IMG/VR virus record: IMGVR_UViG_3300035141_000014
Location: 1 to 50,252 of that record
DNA from: a virus
Lineage: Duplodnaviria > Caudoviricetes
Reading direction: 5' to 3' (one strand)
Length of the DNA stretch: 50,252 nt
Under the pieces are notes generated by a model that saw only the letters and a program-made list of their open reading frames with translations, did not search any database and was not told the DNA's origin. Below, piece after piece: positions 1-8,874 of this stretch (the first letter of the stretch is position 1; each line of letters opens with the position of its first letter). Both the position numbers and the translations under genes were made by a program.

Positions 1-127
1 GCTTACATATAATCTGTCGTTCGAAGGACTATACGCTATTCCAATCGGTGTGGTTGCTACAGTTATTGTTGTATCTACTGTATTTGTATTTGGATTTATA
101 ACACTTACATTGTTTGATCCACTATTG
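1..127. repeat. Terminal direct repeat, left copy (assembly overlap; genome probably circular or circularly permuted)
   Basis: 1..127 is identical to 50126..50252; 127 bp is a common maximal assembly k-mer. Confidence 0.95.
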
Positions 128-474
128 TTTACATATAATCTGTCGTTTAAAGGACTATACGCTATTTCAGCCGGTGTAGTTGCTACAGTTATTGTTTTTA
201 TATTTCTAATCCAACCGTTCCACAAACCTAATAATCCATCATAATTTTTAACAAAATTGTTTCCTATTTTTATTCCTTGATTGTTAACTCTTAAACCAAC
301 TAAGTTTAGATTTGATTCGCTATCTGTTTTTACAACGGCTTCACTATCTCCATCACTTGTAACAGCTCCAATTGCCGTAAAATTGTCTTTTTGCTCGTTT
401 GTTGTGTTTTGGTAAGTTGCTCCACCAGGAGTAAAATCGCTTTGATCAGTTATAATCATATTTGTTTTTGCCAT
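1..474 (-). CDS. YVTN beta-propeller repeat protein, 5' part; ORF spans the origin (169 aa); putative tail-tip/receptor-binding protein
   Basis: AGGAGG RBS then ATG at 474; hand translation MAKTNMIITDQ...TITVATTPAEIAYSPLNDRLYVNNSGSNNVSVINPNTNTVDTTITVATTPIGIAYSPSNDRLYVS; missed by the ORF track because it crosses the contig end. Confidence 0.85.
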   Translation of the reverse strand, partial: MAKTNMIITDQSDFTPGGATYQNTTNEQKDNFTAIGAVTSDGDSEAVVKTDSESNLNLVGLRVNNQGIKIGNNFVKNYDGLLGLWNGWIRNIKTITVATTPAEIAYSPLNDRLYVNNSGSNNVSVINPNTNTVDTTITVATTPIGIAYSPSNDRLYVS

Positions 475-498
475 TATTTTACCTCCTATTATTTATTA
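465..498. repeat. 34-bp direct repeat, copy 1
   Basis: tttttgccattattttacctcctattatttatta, identical at 677..710. Confidence 0.9.
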
Positions 499-686
499 GA
501 TTTTATATAATTTTCATTTAATACAATTTCTTTATTAACAAATAAATATTTTCCGTTTGTAAAATCACTAGGTAACAAATTTTTGTCAAACTCTTCGCCT
601 ATTGTTTCAGTCCCCCAACTTAATACATTACCTTCTTTGTCTGCGTTAATTCTAAATATTTCTTTTTTTAAATTACTTTTTGCCAT
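489..686 (-). CDS. Small tail-associated protein, DUF2977-like
   Basis: LPSDFTNGKYLFVNKEIVLNENY resembles the small phage tail-region family; AGGAGG RBS. Confidence 0.55.
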   Translation of the reverse strand: MAKSNLKKEIFRINADKEGNVLSWGTETIGEEFDKNLLPSDFTNGKYLFVNKEIVLNENYIKSNK

Positions 687-710
687 TATTTTACCTCCTA
701 TTATTTATTA
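677..710. repeat. 34-bp direct repeat, copy 2
   Basis: Identical to 465..498. Confidence 0.9.
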
Positions 711-1060
711 ATTTTTTCTATACTAAAACTAGCTATTACATTGGCATGTAAATTTTGTACTGTTTTGCTATAATTACATGTAACTTTTGCATTATATATA
801 GCTCCATCTACTTTTACTTCTGCAAATCCAAAAGTGCTAACTATATAGTTATAAATTTTTTTGATATTGTATTGGTTAGTTATTGCTGTTGTAAGATCGT
901 CTGTAAATGTTGGTGAACCTATAGGCAAATAACTAATGTTTCCATCAGCGTTTTTTTCTGCAAATTCATTATATTCATAACTTTTAGAATGTTCTGAAAT
1001 TGGCAAATTAACCCAATCATCTATAGAATTATATTTTAAATTTATTTGATATTGTGACAT
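701..1060 (-). CDS. Putative distal tail (Dit-like) protein
   Basis: Directly follows the tape measure gene; beta-rich 119 aa; positional inference. Confidence 0.5.
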   Translation of the reverse strand: MSQYQINLKYNSIDDWVNLPISEHSKSYEYNEFAEKNADGNISYLPIGSPTFTDDLTTAITNQYNIKKIYNYIVSTFGFAEVKVDGAIYNAKVTCNYSKTVQNLHANVIASFSIEKINK

Positions 1061-4000
1061 TTAGTTCACCGCCCTAGCTTGTCCGTAAGTTTCAATAACA
1101 ATTTCTTTTACTGTTGCTTCTGTAACTCCACTTCCACTAAAATTAGCACCTGAAAAATCGAAGTATTGTTGATTTCCTGCTGTATTTGTAACTACAGTTC
1201 CAGCACCTGCACTAGCTTCAAAAATTCTTGCAGCTAACTTAGAACCTTCTGGTAAGTTTTCCGAACTAAGAGTACTATTAAGACTATTTGTTGAACTTGT
1301 GTTAGTATCTAACGAAATACCTAATTTTTGCATATATTCTGATAACTTATCAGTGTAACTAGCTATTAATTTTGCTTGCTCTTCTAATGTAAGCCCACTA
1401 AGATCATCAGCAGAAAAATTAAAATCTGCTCCTGCTATTGTTCCGACTATTTGCTTATATACATTTTCTCCAAATGCTTTATACAATTCAGTCAATCCAA
1501 AACTTTGTAACATTGCTGTTTGCATTGCTGTAGAAAATTGACTCATTAATGCACTTTCTACATCGCCAGAAGTAAATCCGGATATAACAGTACTTGTAAT
1601 ATCTCCTTGTTCTATGCTAAGTGCTTCCATTATGTTTTCTTTTATTTCTGACTGAATAGAATTAAATATTTCTTCTAATGCTTTTTTTGCTTCTTCGTAA
1701 CTTTGTCCAGTTGTGAAAGCATCCGAAATGTCAATGTTTAATTTTGATAACAGATCACTAGTCCATCCTGCATCAGCAAGAGTTTTTTTCGCATCAGGCA
1801 ACCATCCAACGAACTGATTCCAAATGTTTTTAAACCCAATTTGATAAGGGTCTGTAATATCTATAGTTCCTAATCCTGCTATATTTAGTTGATCAAAAAT
1901 ATTCATCGAATCAATAATTTCTGTTGTTGTATCAGCTATTTGTATATTTAATTCATCAAAAATTTTGTATATTTGATTTGTATATTTAGAAATTATTTCT
2001 AACTGTCTGTCAAAAGAATAGTTTGACAAATTTTCTGTATAATATTCTAATAAGTCAGTTCCAAAATCAACTCCACCAATTTTATCTACAATTTCATCTA
2101 CCATATTGTTTGAAAAAGCTTGGTATAAATCGGTTAATCCAAATGATTGCAACATTGCTGTTTGTAAAGCATCAGAGAACTCTTTTTGTAATGTTTGTTT
2201 TACATTACCATCACTTACTGCATCTATTATAGAAGAGCTTATATCGCTAGCGTCAATTCCTAAGTTTTCTGCTATTTCTCCTCTTAGCTCATCCTGAACT
2301 GCTTTTACAAGGTTGTTTATTTCGTTTAATAATCCAGCTTCATCTATATAAGCATGTTGAGATGTTCCACTTGCATCTACTTGAGTATATTTGTCAACCA
2401 ATGATTGTATTTGATTAGCAGTCATTAGCACGCCTTGATCTTCAAGGTATGACTGAATTTGAGATATATTAGCACGTTCTACAGTTTTACTTCCAACTTT
2501 GTATTTTATACCTAGCTTCTTTTTATACAAAGCTTCATAATGCGAAGTAATACCCAAAGTACTCATTGTAGCTGCTTTTTGAGTATATTGCATGAACTCT
2601 GTAATTTTGCTGAAATCCATATCACTTACAGTTTCAGCAAAAGTTTCTACTGCATTAGCAAAAGTTTCAGTTGCTTCTTCTTGTGTCTGGTATTGGCTAG
2701 CATCTATTCCACCGTATATTGGTGAATCATCAGAAAGCAAAGTAGCGGCGATTCCTATAGCTGCACCAGCTGCACCCAATGCACCAGCTGCACCAGCTAA
2801 AGAACCAACTCCACCAGCTGCACTTACAGTAGCCAAACCACCAGCTACACCAGCCGCGTTTTGAGTTAAAGAACCCATTGAAGAAAAAAAGTCACTATTC
2901 ATTGTAGAACCTAAATTTGAAAATGCGTTTGCTAAATCATTTGTATCATCAATTAATTTTAGTGTTTCTTTGCTAAACCCTTTATTTTCTGTAGTAAGGT
3001 TTTTTAGGGAATCTGCTGCTTGTTTGCTTGATCTTTCAACTTCTGATTGTTCTTTTTTAGTCATGTTTTTAGTTGCTTGTTTTGTAGCTTGGCTATACAA
3101 GTCGCTAATTAAACTTATATCTCCAGCATTTAAATTTTCAGAAGATAAAGCTTTGTCTGTATAAGTTGCAATATCATTAAAATATTTTACAGTATTATTA
3201 TACAAATCATTGTATATTTTAAGTTGGTGTTCTTTACTTTTTTGCTGTAATTCTTCTATTTGCTTATTAATTGTTTCATTGAAATATATTTGATTAGCTT
3301 GTTCTTTTAAGGCTTTGTTGTAATCTTTGTATAGAGCATTAATAGTTTCGACTAAATTTTTAATTTTTTCTAAAGAATCAGAGTTGCCTTCTAAAGCTTG
3401 GTTATAATATTCTGTTCCTTTAGCTAGACCGTTTGTAGAAACGCCCATTTCTTTAGCCTTATTTATTACATCAGAAAAATCTATTTTTTTTGCTTCTTCT
3501 GTAGTTTTTTTCATTTCATTTACTTTTTCTATAGCTTGTTCTACAGGTGTTTTAAAATCTAGTTCTTTTACAATAGATTTAACATCTTTTAAATCCATAT
3601 AAATTATGTCAAAACCTAAATCTTTTGCTTTGTCAGAAACTTTTTTCATTTGTTCTTCCGTTAAATCAAAAGTATCTTTTAATAGTTCTAATTTTGTTCC
3701 TGTCAAATCTACAGTTTCAGCTAATTTTCCGTATTTCTCAGCTTGTTTGTTAGCACTTTCTAAAGCTTCTGCTACTTTTCTAAAAGATTCCTCTGTTTCT
3801 TCTAATCCTTCTTTGTATGCTTCCATTTCACCTGAAACAAACAAATCTCCAGTTCCTTTGTCATAATCGTAATATTTTGATTCGCCTGTTCTTGTAATTG
3901 AACTTCTTCCAGCTAATCCAGACAAAAGAACATCTTGTAAATAAAGAGTATCACCAACATTTCCAGTTTTAGAAGGAGTAGTTTTATTTTTTTCTGGTGT

Positions 4001-5101
4001 AATAGCTTCTCTAACTGTTTTTATTGTTATTTTTAATGGATTTTGTAAAAAAGTTTCATACAGAATATCATAATCTGTTTTTATAGTTTCTAGTAATTTT
4101 TTCCATTCTCCCGCAACATTATCTGTTACTTCTTTACTTTTTTTTCCAACGTCTACAGTAGTATTTTGTATATTTTTTAATTGTTTTGCATACTCTTCTG
4201 AGTTTTCTCCTGCAAGTGCCATTATAGCGGTTCCTGCTTCAATTCTGCCGGTAAAGTCTGTAATTTCTCTTCCCGTTTCTTTTGCATATTTTCCTATAAG
4301 TTGTGTAGCTTGTTGTAAATTACCGCCATCAGATATGTATTGCCTAAAAGATTTTCCTGTAAGTTGATTAAATACTTCCGACAAATCACTTCCACTATTA
4401 GATAATTCCGTAAATAATCTTCTTAATTGTGTTGTGGCTCTTGCAGTGTTAAAACCTTGCTTAGTAATAGTAACTAATCCAGCAAGTATATCATCAAGCG
4501 TAACTCCTAAATTTCCACCAATAGATGTTGCACCAGCTAAAGAAGAAGCTAGTTCTTGTATTTTTAATTTACCCTTATTTTGGGCTTCTAATAATTTGTT
4601 AGAAATTTCAGTTACATTTCCTGCTGCATCTCCGTAAGTATTCATTATAGATGTTAACAAATCTATACTCTGGCTAGTTCCTGTAAATCCAACTATAGCT
4701 AGTTGATTAGCTTTTTTAGTAAATTCTAAAGATTCTCCAACTTCTTGACCTGCTGAAACAGCTTCGTACAAACCTTTTGTAAGTTCTATACTAGCCGTAC
4801 CTGATTCAATAGCCATTTCTTGCAATGATTTTTTATATTTTTGCAATTGTGAATCAGAAAGATTTAATATAGTGTTAGTTTGATCTAATGATTTTTCTAG
4901 TTTTATACTTTCTTTTGTTAGTCCTGCAATTGCTATACCTATACCAGTTATACCAAGATTGACAGGTGTTAATGCTCTCGCAAAACTACCTAATTTACTT
5001 TTTAAGCTAGTAGTAGTTTTTCCTACACCACCGAGTTGTCGTTGAAACTGTGGTGCGTTACTCCTAAATTGAACGTATAAATCTCCTATTTGTTGTGCCA
5101 A
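1061..5101 (-). CDS. Tail tape measure protein (TP901-like)
   Basis: 1346 aa, N-terminal IGDLYV motif, GLYEAVSAG and NKGKLKIQELASSL motifs, Ala/Gly-rich segments, follows tail chaperones. Confidence 0.93.
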   Translation of the reverse strand: MAQQIGDLYVQFRSNAPQFQRQLGGVGKTTTSLKSKLGSFARALTPVNLGITGIGIAIAGLTKESIKLEKSLDQTNTILNLSDSQLQKYKKSLQEMAIESGTASIELTKGLYEAVSAGQEVGESLEFTKKANQLAIVGFTGTSQSIDLLTSIMNTYGDAAGNVTEISNKLLEAQNKGKLKIQELASSLAGATSIGGNLGVTLDDILAGLVTITKQGFNTARATTQLRRLFTELSNSGSDLSEVFNQLTGKSFRQYISDGGNLQQATQLIGKYAKETGREITDFTGRIEAGTAIMALAGENSEEYAKQLKNIQNTTVDVGKKSKEVTDNVAGEWKKLLETIKTDYDILYETFLQNPLKITIKTVREAITPEKNKTTPSKTGNVGDTLYLQDVLLSGLAGRSSITRTGESKYYDYDKGTGDLFVSGEMEAYKEGLEETEESFRKVAEALESANKQAEKYGKLAETVDLTGTKLELLKDTFDLTEEQMKKVSDKAKDLGFDIIYMDLKDVKSIVKELDFKTPVEQAIEKVNEMKKTTEEAKKIDFSDVINKAKEMGVSTNGLAKGTEYYNQALEGNSDSLEKIKNLVETINALYKDYNKALKEQANQIYFNETINKQIEELQQKSKEHQLKIYNDLYNNTVKYFNDIATYTDKALSSENLNAGDISLISDLYSQATKQATKNMTKKEQSEVERSSKQAADSLKNLTTENKGFSKETLKLIDDTNDLANAFSNLGSTMNSDFFSSMGSLTQNAAGVAGGLATVSAAGGVGSLAGAAGALGAAGAAIGIAATLLSDDSPIYGGIDASQYQTQEEATETFANAVETFAETVSDMDFSKITEFMQYTQKAATMSTLGITSHYEALYKKKLGIKYKVGSKTVERANISQIQSYLEDQGVLMTANQIQSLVDKYTQVDASGTSQHAYIDEAGLLNEINNLVKAVQDELRGEIAENLGIDASDISSSIIDAVSDGNVKQTLQKEFSDALQTAMLQSFGLTDLYQAFSNNMVDEIVDKIGGVDFGTDLLEYYTENLSNYSFDRQLEIISKYTNQIYKIFDELNIQIADTTTEIIDSMNIFDQLNIAGLGTIDITDPYQIGFKNIWNQFVGWLPDAKKTLADAGWTSDLLSKLNIDISDAFTTGQSYEEAKKALEEIFNSIQSEIKENIMEALSIEQGDITSTVISGFTSGDVESALMSQFSTAMQTAMLQSFGLTELYKAFGENVYKQIVGTIAGADFNFSADDLSGLTLEEQAKLIASYTDKLSEYMQKLGISLDTNTSSTNSLNSTLSSENLPEGSKLAARIFEASAGAGTVVTNTAGNQQYFDFSGANFSGSGVTEATVKEIVIETYGQARAVN

Positions 5102-5115
5102 GGGAACCTCCCTTC

Positions 5116-5148
5116 TTAAAAATAGCCGACATTATGCCGACTATTTAT
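5116..5148 (-). terminator. Putative intrinsic terminator between tail chaperones and tape measure gene
   Basis: Minus strand atagtcggc-ataat-gtcggctat followed by T-run. Confidence 0.5.
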
Positions 5149-5344
5149 TATTTTTCTTCTTATTTTCTCTTTCTTTTTCAGTTACATCATAATCTAATTC
5201 GCTCATAATTAAATGAACCCAATATTGTTCCTCTGAATATGTGTTATAATATTCAAACATATCCATATTTAAACTTTTTGCAATTCTAAAAACATTTAAA
5301 TCGCAAGGATTAAATTTTGAATTACTAATCTTAGGATCAGGCAC
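5141..5344 (-). CDS. Tail assembly chaperone C-terminal extension (gpT-like), reached by -1 frameshift
   Basis: Frame is open back to the GGGTTTA site at 5395-5389; position between chaperone and TMP. Confidence 0.75.
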   Translation of the reverse strand: MPDPKISNSKFNPCDLNVFRIAKSLNMDMFEYYNTYSEEQYWVHLIMSELDYDVTEKERENKKKNNK

Positions 5345-5376
5345 ATTTTCTTCTAAAGCATTAAAATATCTTCCTC

Positions 5377-5955
5377 TTATTTCTCTTCTAAACCCATGTA
5401 AGTCATTTCTGTTGTTAATTTAACCCAATATTTTAAAGAAGTTGGTAAAAAAGGATTATTAGAATCTCCTTTTAATAAAATTTTAATTTGTTTTTCATCA
5501 AACATTTTTTCTTTTTCATTTCCTTCTTCTTGATAATAAGCACATTCTAACAAAAAATAAGCTCCTAATAATTCAAAATCAATTTCTTTATTTTTTGTAG
5601 ACAAACTTTTTATTTTTTTATTTTCTGCTAAGTTAGGTTTTTTAAAATAAAATTCACCTTGTTTTTTGTAACCTAATATTTCTAAATCTTCTTTTTTAAA
5701 TTTTTTATTTATTTTTTTATCTTCATTTAATTTATTTATAATTTTTAAAAATAAATCTGTATCAAATTCTACTCCTAAAAAACTAACTCCTATTTGATTT
5801 TCTATTTTTTTGCAAACTAGTATTAATTCTTTACATTCTTCTTCACTAAAATTTGTTGCTTTAATTAATTCTTTTAAATTAACATCTGCAATTATTACCT
5901 TTTCATATGTGTTATTACAAGTTTTTAAAGCCATTGCTATTATACTATTTTTCAT
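5377..5955 (-). CDS. Tail assembly chaperone (gpG-like)
   Basis: Between tail tube genes and TMP; ends in a slippery site. Confidence 0.75.
   Translation of the reverse strand: MKNSIIAMALKTCNNTYEKVIIADVNLKELIKATNFSEEECKELILVCKKIENQIGVSFLGVEFDTDLFLKIINKLNEDKKINKKFKKEDLEILGYKKQGEFYFKKPNLAENKKIKSLSTKNKEIDFELLGAYFLLECAYYQEEGNEKEKMFDEKQIKILLKGDSNNPFLPTSLKYWVKLTTEMTYMGLEEK
5389..5395 (-). promoter_or_regulatory. -1 programmed ribosomal frameshift slippery site G-GGT-TTA
   Basis: X XXY YYZ heptamer in the correct phase just before the chaperone stop; -1 frame reads RREIRGRYFNALEENVPDPK into the next ORF. Confidence 0.85.
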
Positions 5956-5969
5956 ATTTCCCCCTTAAT

Positions 5970-6578
5970 TTAACTTAAATAAAATTGTATCTCTCCGTTG
6001 TTTATAAAACTATAATTATTAGTTACTAAATCTTCTACAGAAGAACTATATTGATTATTGCTTGATTTTAATTTAAACGAAACTTGAAAAAAATCAGTAA
6101 AGTCAACAACCAAAATTAAGTCTTGATCATTTAAAGTTTCTGTATCTATTTCATAGTTTTGTTTTACCAAACCTCCTAAAGTTCCAGAAGCTGATTTTAA
6201 AGTTTGCTCTGAAATCATATATCCTGGATTTGAAGAACAAAAAACAGTTGCATCTTGATTTCCAAAATCTATACTTATTTCTATATTTTTATAAGAACAA
6301 ACTTCTTCTTTTATTAAATAATTATAATCCGCTGTTATAGTTCCAGTTTTAGAAGTATTAAACTCAACTATTCCTGCTAAATTTTTTACACTTACAACAT
6401 CAGTTATAGCTATACCATCTTCTTTGAAAACATAACTTTGATCTAAATCTATAATTTGCTTTTCTCTGTTTGTTATTTTAAAAATTTTATTACTTCCTTT
6501 GTAACTAGACAAAGCTTCTCCTACAGTTGGAGTGCTTGTTCCAGTTTTATTTACAGTTGTTTTAAAACCTGCTGCCAT
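5970..6578 (-). CDS. Tail tube-like protein, paralogue 3 (with N-terminal inserted beta domain)
   Basis: MAAG start; C-terminal half aligns loosely with the two upstream paralogues (ISIDFGNQDATVF...EQTLKSASGTL). Confidence 0.6.
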   Translation of the reverse strand: MAAGFKTTVNKTGTSTPTVGEALSSYKGSNKIFKITNREKQIIDLDQSYVFKEDGIAITDVVSVKNLAGIVEFNTSKTGTITADYNYLIKEEVCSYKNIEISIDFGNQDATVFCSSNPGYMISEQTLKSASGTLGGLVKQNYEIDTETLNDQDLILVVDFTDFFQVSFKLKSSNNQYSSSVEDLVTNNYSFINNGEIQFYLS

Positions 6579-6589
6579 TTAAATTCCTC

Positions 6590-7039
6590 CTAACTTCTTG
6601 ATATTGTAGGAGCTACATTTCCATTTTTTAAGCTTATTGTTAAACCAGATTGACCATCTACGTCAGAACTATTACCAAAAGTTTGATATATCATTTTTGC
6701 TGTAATATCAAAAAAATCAGTTAATTTAAATTTAATCCACATATCTTTATTTGTGTTTGATTCTAAATAAGCCAATAATCCACCTAAACCTTTTGTCTCA
6801 TCAGCTATTAAAGTTTTATTCGGAATACTTCTTATAGTTATGTTTGCCGTAAAATCTTTTAATCCTTCTTCTGTCCTTGACCAATCATCACCAAATTCAG
6901 AAATATCTAATTGTGTAACATCTATACTATTATCAAAAGTATTTACAGCTTCTATTTTGTCAGTAACATCAATTGTAGGTAGTGGGTCTCCTGCTGTTGT
7001 TATAACTAACATTACCAGTGAATCTTTACCTGCTGCCAT
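6590..7039 (-). CDS. Major tail tube protein, paralogue 2
   Basis: FDNSIDVTQLDISEFGDDWSRTEEGLKDFTANI, typical tube-protein D.T....W....GLK motif. Confidence 0.8.
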   Translation of the reverse strand: MAAGKDSLVMLVITTAGDPLPTIDVTDKIEAVNTFDNSIDVTQLDISEFGDDWSRTEEGLKDFTANITIRSIPNKTLIADETKGLGGLLAYLESNTNKDMWIKFKLTDFFDITAKMIYQTFGNSSDVDGQSGLTISLKNGNVAPTISRS

Positions 7040-7060
7040 TATATATACCTCCTTGTTTTT

Positions 7061-7609
7061 TTATTCTGATATAGGTAATACATCTCTTCTATATTGTATA
7101 TCAAAATTAGTTAAATTTTGTAAAACATAATTTTCTACATTTTGTAAGTCAAAATTAGTTCTTTGAACCTCGTAAAATTTAAAATCTCCTGCACCTTTCC
7201 AATTTATAGTTATTGTTACTCTGTCTTCAGTTTGAGATGTGATAGAAAAACTTTGTATAACTATACTAAAAGCTAAAGCAAAATAATCGTTTGATCTGTT
7301 TTCTATCCAAGCTTTTTTCCCTTCAAAAAGTTGTGGGTATGCAATAGCAGTTATTAAACCACCCAAACCGCTTTCTTCAAACAAATCTATACTTTCATTT
7401 ATATATATATTTACACTTCCGCTTAAATCTTTTAATCCTTCTTCAAATTTATTCCAGTCGTTACCAAGTTCTGTTTTTTCTAATTGTGTTACATCACTGC
7501 TATTATCAAAAGAAAAACTTCCATCTACTTTATCAGAAGAAGAAAAAACTGGTAAAGAACCATCTGAAATTTTAAATTTTACATTACCTTTATAACCTGC
7601 TGACATCAT
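7061..7609 (-). CDS. Tail tube-like protein, paralogue 1
   Basis: FDNSSDVTQLEKTELGNDWNKFEEGLKDLSGSV, clearly homologous to 6590..7039. Confidence 0.75.
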   Translation of the reverse strand: MMSAGYKGNVKFKISDGSLPVFSSSDKVDGSFSFDNSSDVTQLEKTELGNDWNKFEEGLKDLSGSVNIYINESIDLFEESGLGGLITAIAYPQLFEGKKAWIENRSNDYFALAFSIVIQSFSITSQTEDRVTITINWKGAGDFKFYEVQRTNFDLQNVENYVLQNLTNFDIQYRRDVLPISE

Positions 7610-7617
7610 GCACCTCC

Positions 7618-8028
7618 TTAACTGTTGAGGTCTACGTTATAAAATAGTTGAAAATTCAAACTTCTTTGATATCTGTTTTTGCTATCTTTTCCAAGTGGAA
7701 ATATACCTCCACCGCTTATTTTACAATCTTGTATTTCTGTTCCATCTGTAGCTGTCCATGATATTGATTGTAACTTTTTTCTAATATCATTTGATAAATC
7801 TCTACAACTTACATTATCATTAATTTCTCCCCTAACATATATTTGAACTAGTGGATATTGCGTTTCCTCTCTGCTACTAAAAGTTCTGTCAGGGGATTTT
7901 TCTCCATATTGATTCACAAACACTGCCTTGTCTGGTATGTTTGCATTGTCACTTACAGGAAAGTTATATATGCTTTCATTAGGAAATAACTCTATTAATT
8001 TTAATGCTACTTCTCTATCTGCTATCAT
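7618..8028 (-). CDS. Tail terminator / 'minor capsid' family neck protein
   Basis: YPLVQIYVRG and PLGKDSKNRY...NF motifs; position in neck module. Confidence 0.75.
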   Translation of the reverse strand: MIADREVALKLIELFPNESIYNFPVSDNANIPDKAVFVNQYGEKSPDRTFSSREETQYPLVQIYVRGEINDNVSCRDLSNDIRKKLQSISWTATDGTEIQDCKISGGGIFPLGKDSKNRYQRSLNFQLFYNVDLNS

Positions 8029-8519
8029 GTTTTAACCTTCCTTTCTAATTTTTTCAATTCTTTTGCTATATCTGAGTTTAGTCCAGGCACTACTTTTAAT
8101 AGTGCTTTTTCTAAGAACTTGTAAGCTTTTGTACCATCCCGCTTAATTTTTTCTGTGATAACTCTTGCTATAGGATAAGCACCTGTTTCATCTGTAGCTA
8201 TCCCTTTTCTTTTTACCCATTCATAAATATCATTGAAATTAACATTAGGATTAGGATTACCCTCATGGAGATCAAGTGCATATGTGGTATTATACCCACC
8301 TTTGCCTTTTCCAGTTTTTTGTATTTCCGCTAAATTTGTAACTTTGGAACTGTCTCTTAATCTTCCTGTATCAACATTTACATTTTTGTCTGATTCTGCA
8401 ATTATCTTTAATAGCGATATATATATTTGTTTGTTTGCTTCTTGAGGGTATATTGTAGATATTTTTAATATGTTTTTTTGTAACTGTTTCATACCAGTTA
8501 TTTTTATACTATCAGCCAT
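8025..8519 (-). CDS. HK97 gp10-like tail completion protein
   Basis: VDTGRLRDS, YALDLHEG, GTKAYKFLEKA motifs. Confidence 0.85.
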   Translation of the reverse strand: MADSIKITGMKQLQKNILKISTIYPQEANKQIYISLLKIIAESDKNVNVDTGRLRDSSKVTNLAEIQKTGKGKGGYNTTYALDLHEGNPNPNVNFNDIYEWVKRKGIATDETGAYPIARVITEKIKRDGTKAYKFLEKALLKVVPGLNSDIAKELKKLERKVKT

Positions 8520-8535
8520 ACTTCCCCCTAAAATA

Positions 8536-8874
8536 TTATTTAAATACTATTGTATATATTGTTGTGTTAGTAGAATCTCTTTCTCTACGCACATCTTTTA
8601 CTATACCTATTTTATTACCGAATAATCTAATTTCAGTTTGAACGTTATTATCAAATTCCTCTAATGTTACTATATGGCTTTCATACGCTACTTCTTCTGT
8701 TGTATCAGCATTGTTATTTATTCTTTCCGCATCTTCTTCAAGAAATCCTTCTAATGATATCCAATCCGACCAAGTTTTTTTACCTTCAAAATTTTCACTT
8801 TGCTGTTTTCTATATTCAATTACACCAGTCCACCTTTTAGCAAACCTTTTGACTGTATCAGAAAGTGCCATCAA
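8536..8874 (-). CDS. Head closure/stopper protein (putative)
   Basis: Size and position between adaptor and gp10-like gene. Confidence 0.55.
   Translation of the reverse strand: MMALSDTVKRFAKRWTGVIEYRKQQSENFEGKKTWSDWISLEGFLEEDAERINNNADTTEEVAYESHIVTLEEFDNNVQTEIRLFGNKIGIVKDVRRERDSTNTTIYTIVFK

Noticed and set aside
1-127. Biological terminal repeat of the virion DNA
   Set aside because: Length equals a typical assembler k-mer and it falls mid-gene; better explained as circular overlap
1-200. Diversity-generating retroelement (TR/VR pair) in the near-identical tail-tip repeats
   Set aside because: Differences are not confined to adenines, both copies are in-frame coding repeats, and no reverse transcriptase is present
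50-244. 64-aa plus-strand ORF
   Set aside because: Antisense shadow of the YVTN gene, which has an RBS and a recognisable repeat
2023-4637. Several plus-strand ORFs inside the tape measure gene
   Set aside because: Antisense shadows without RBS or recognisable motifs
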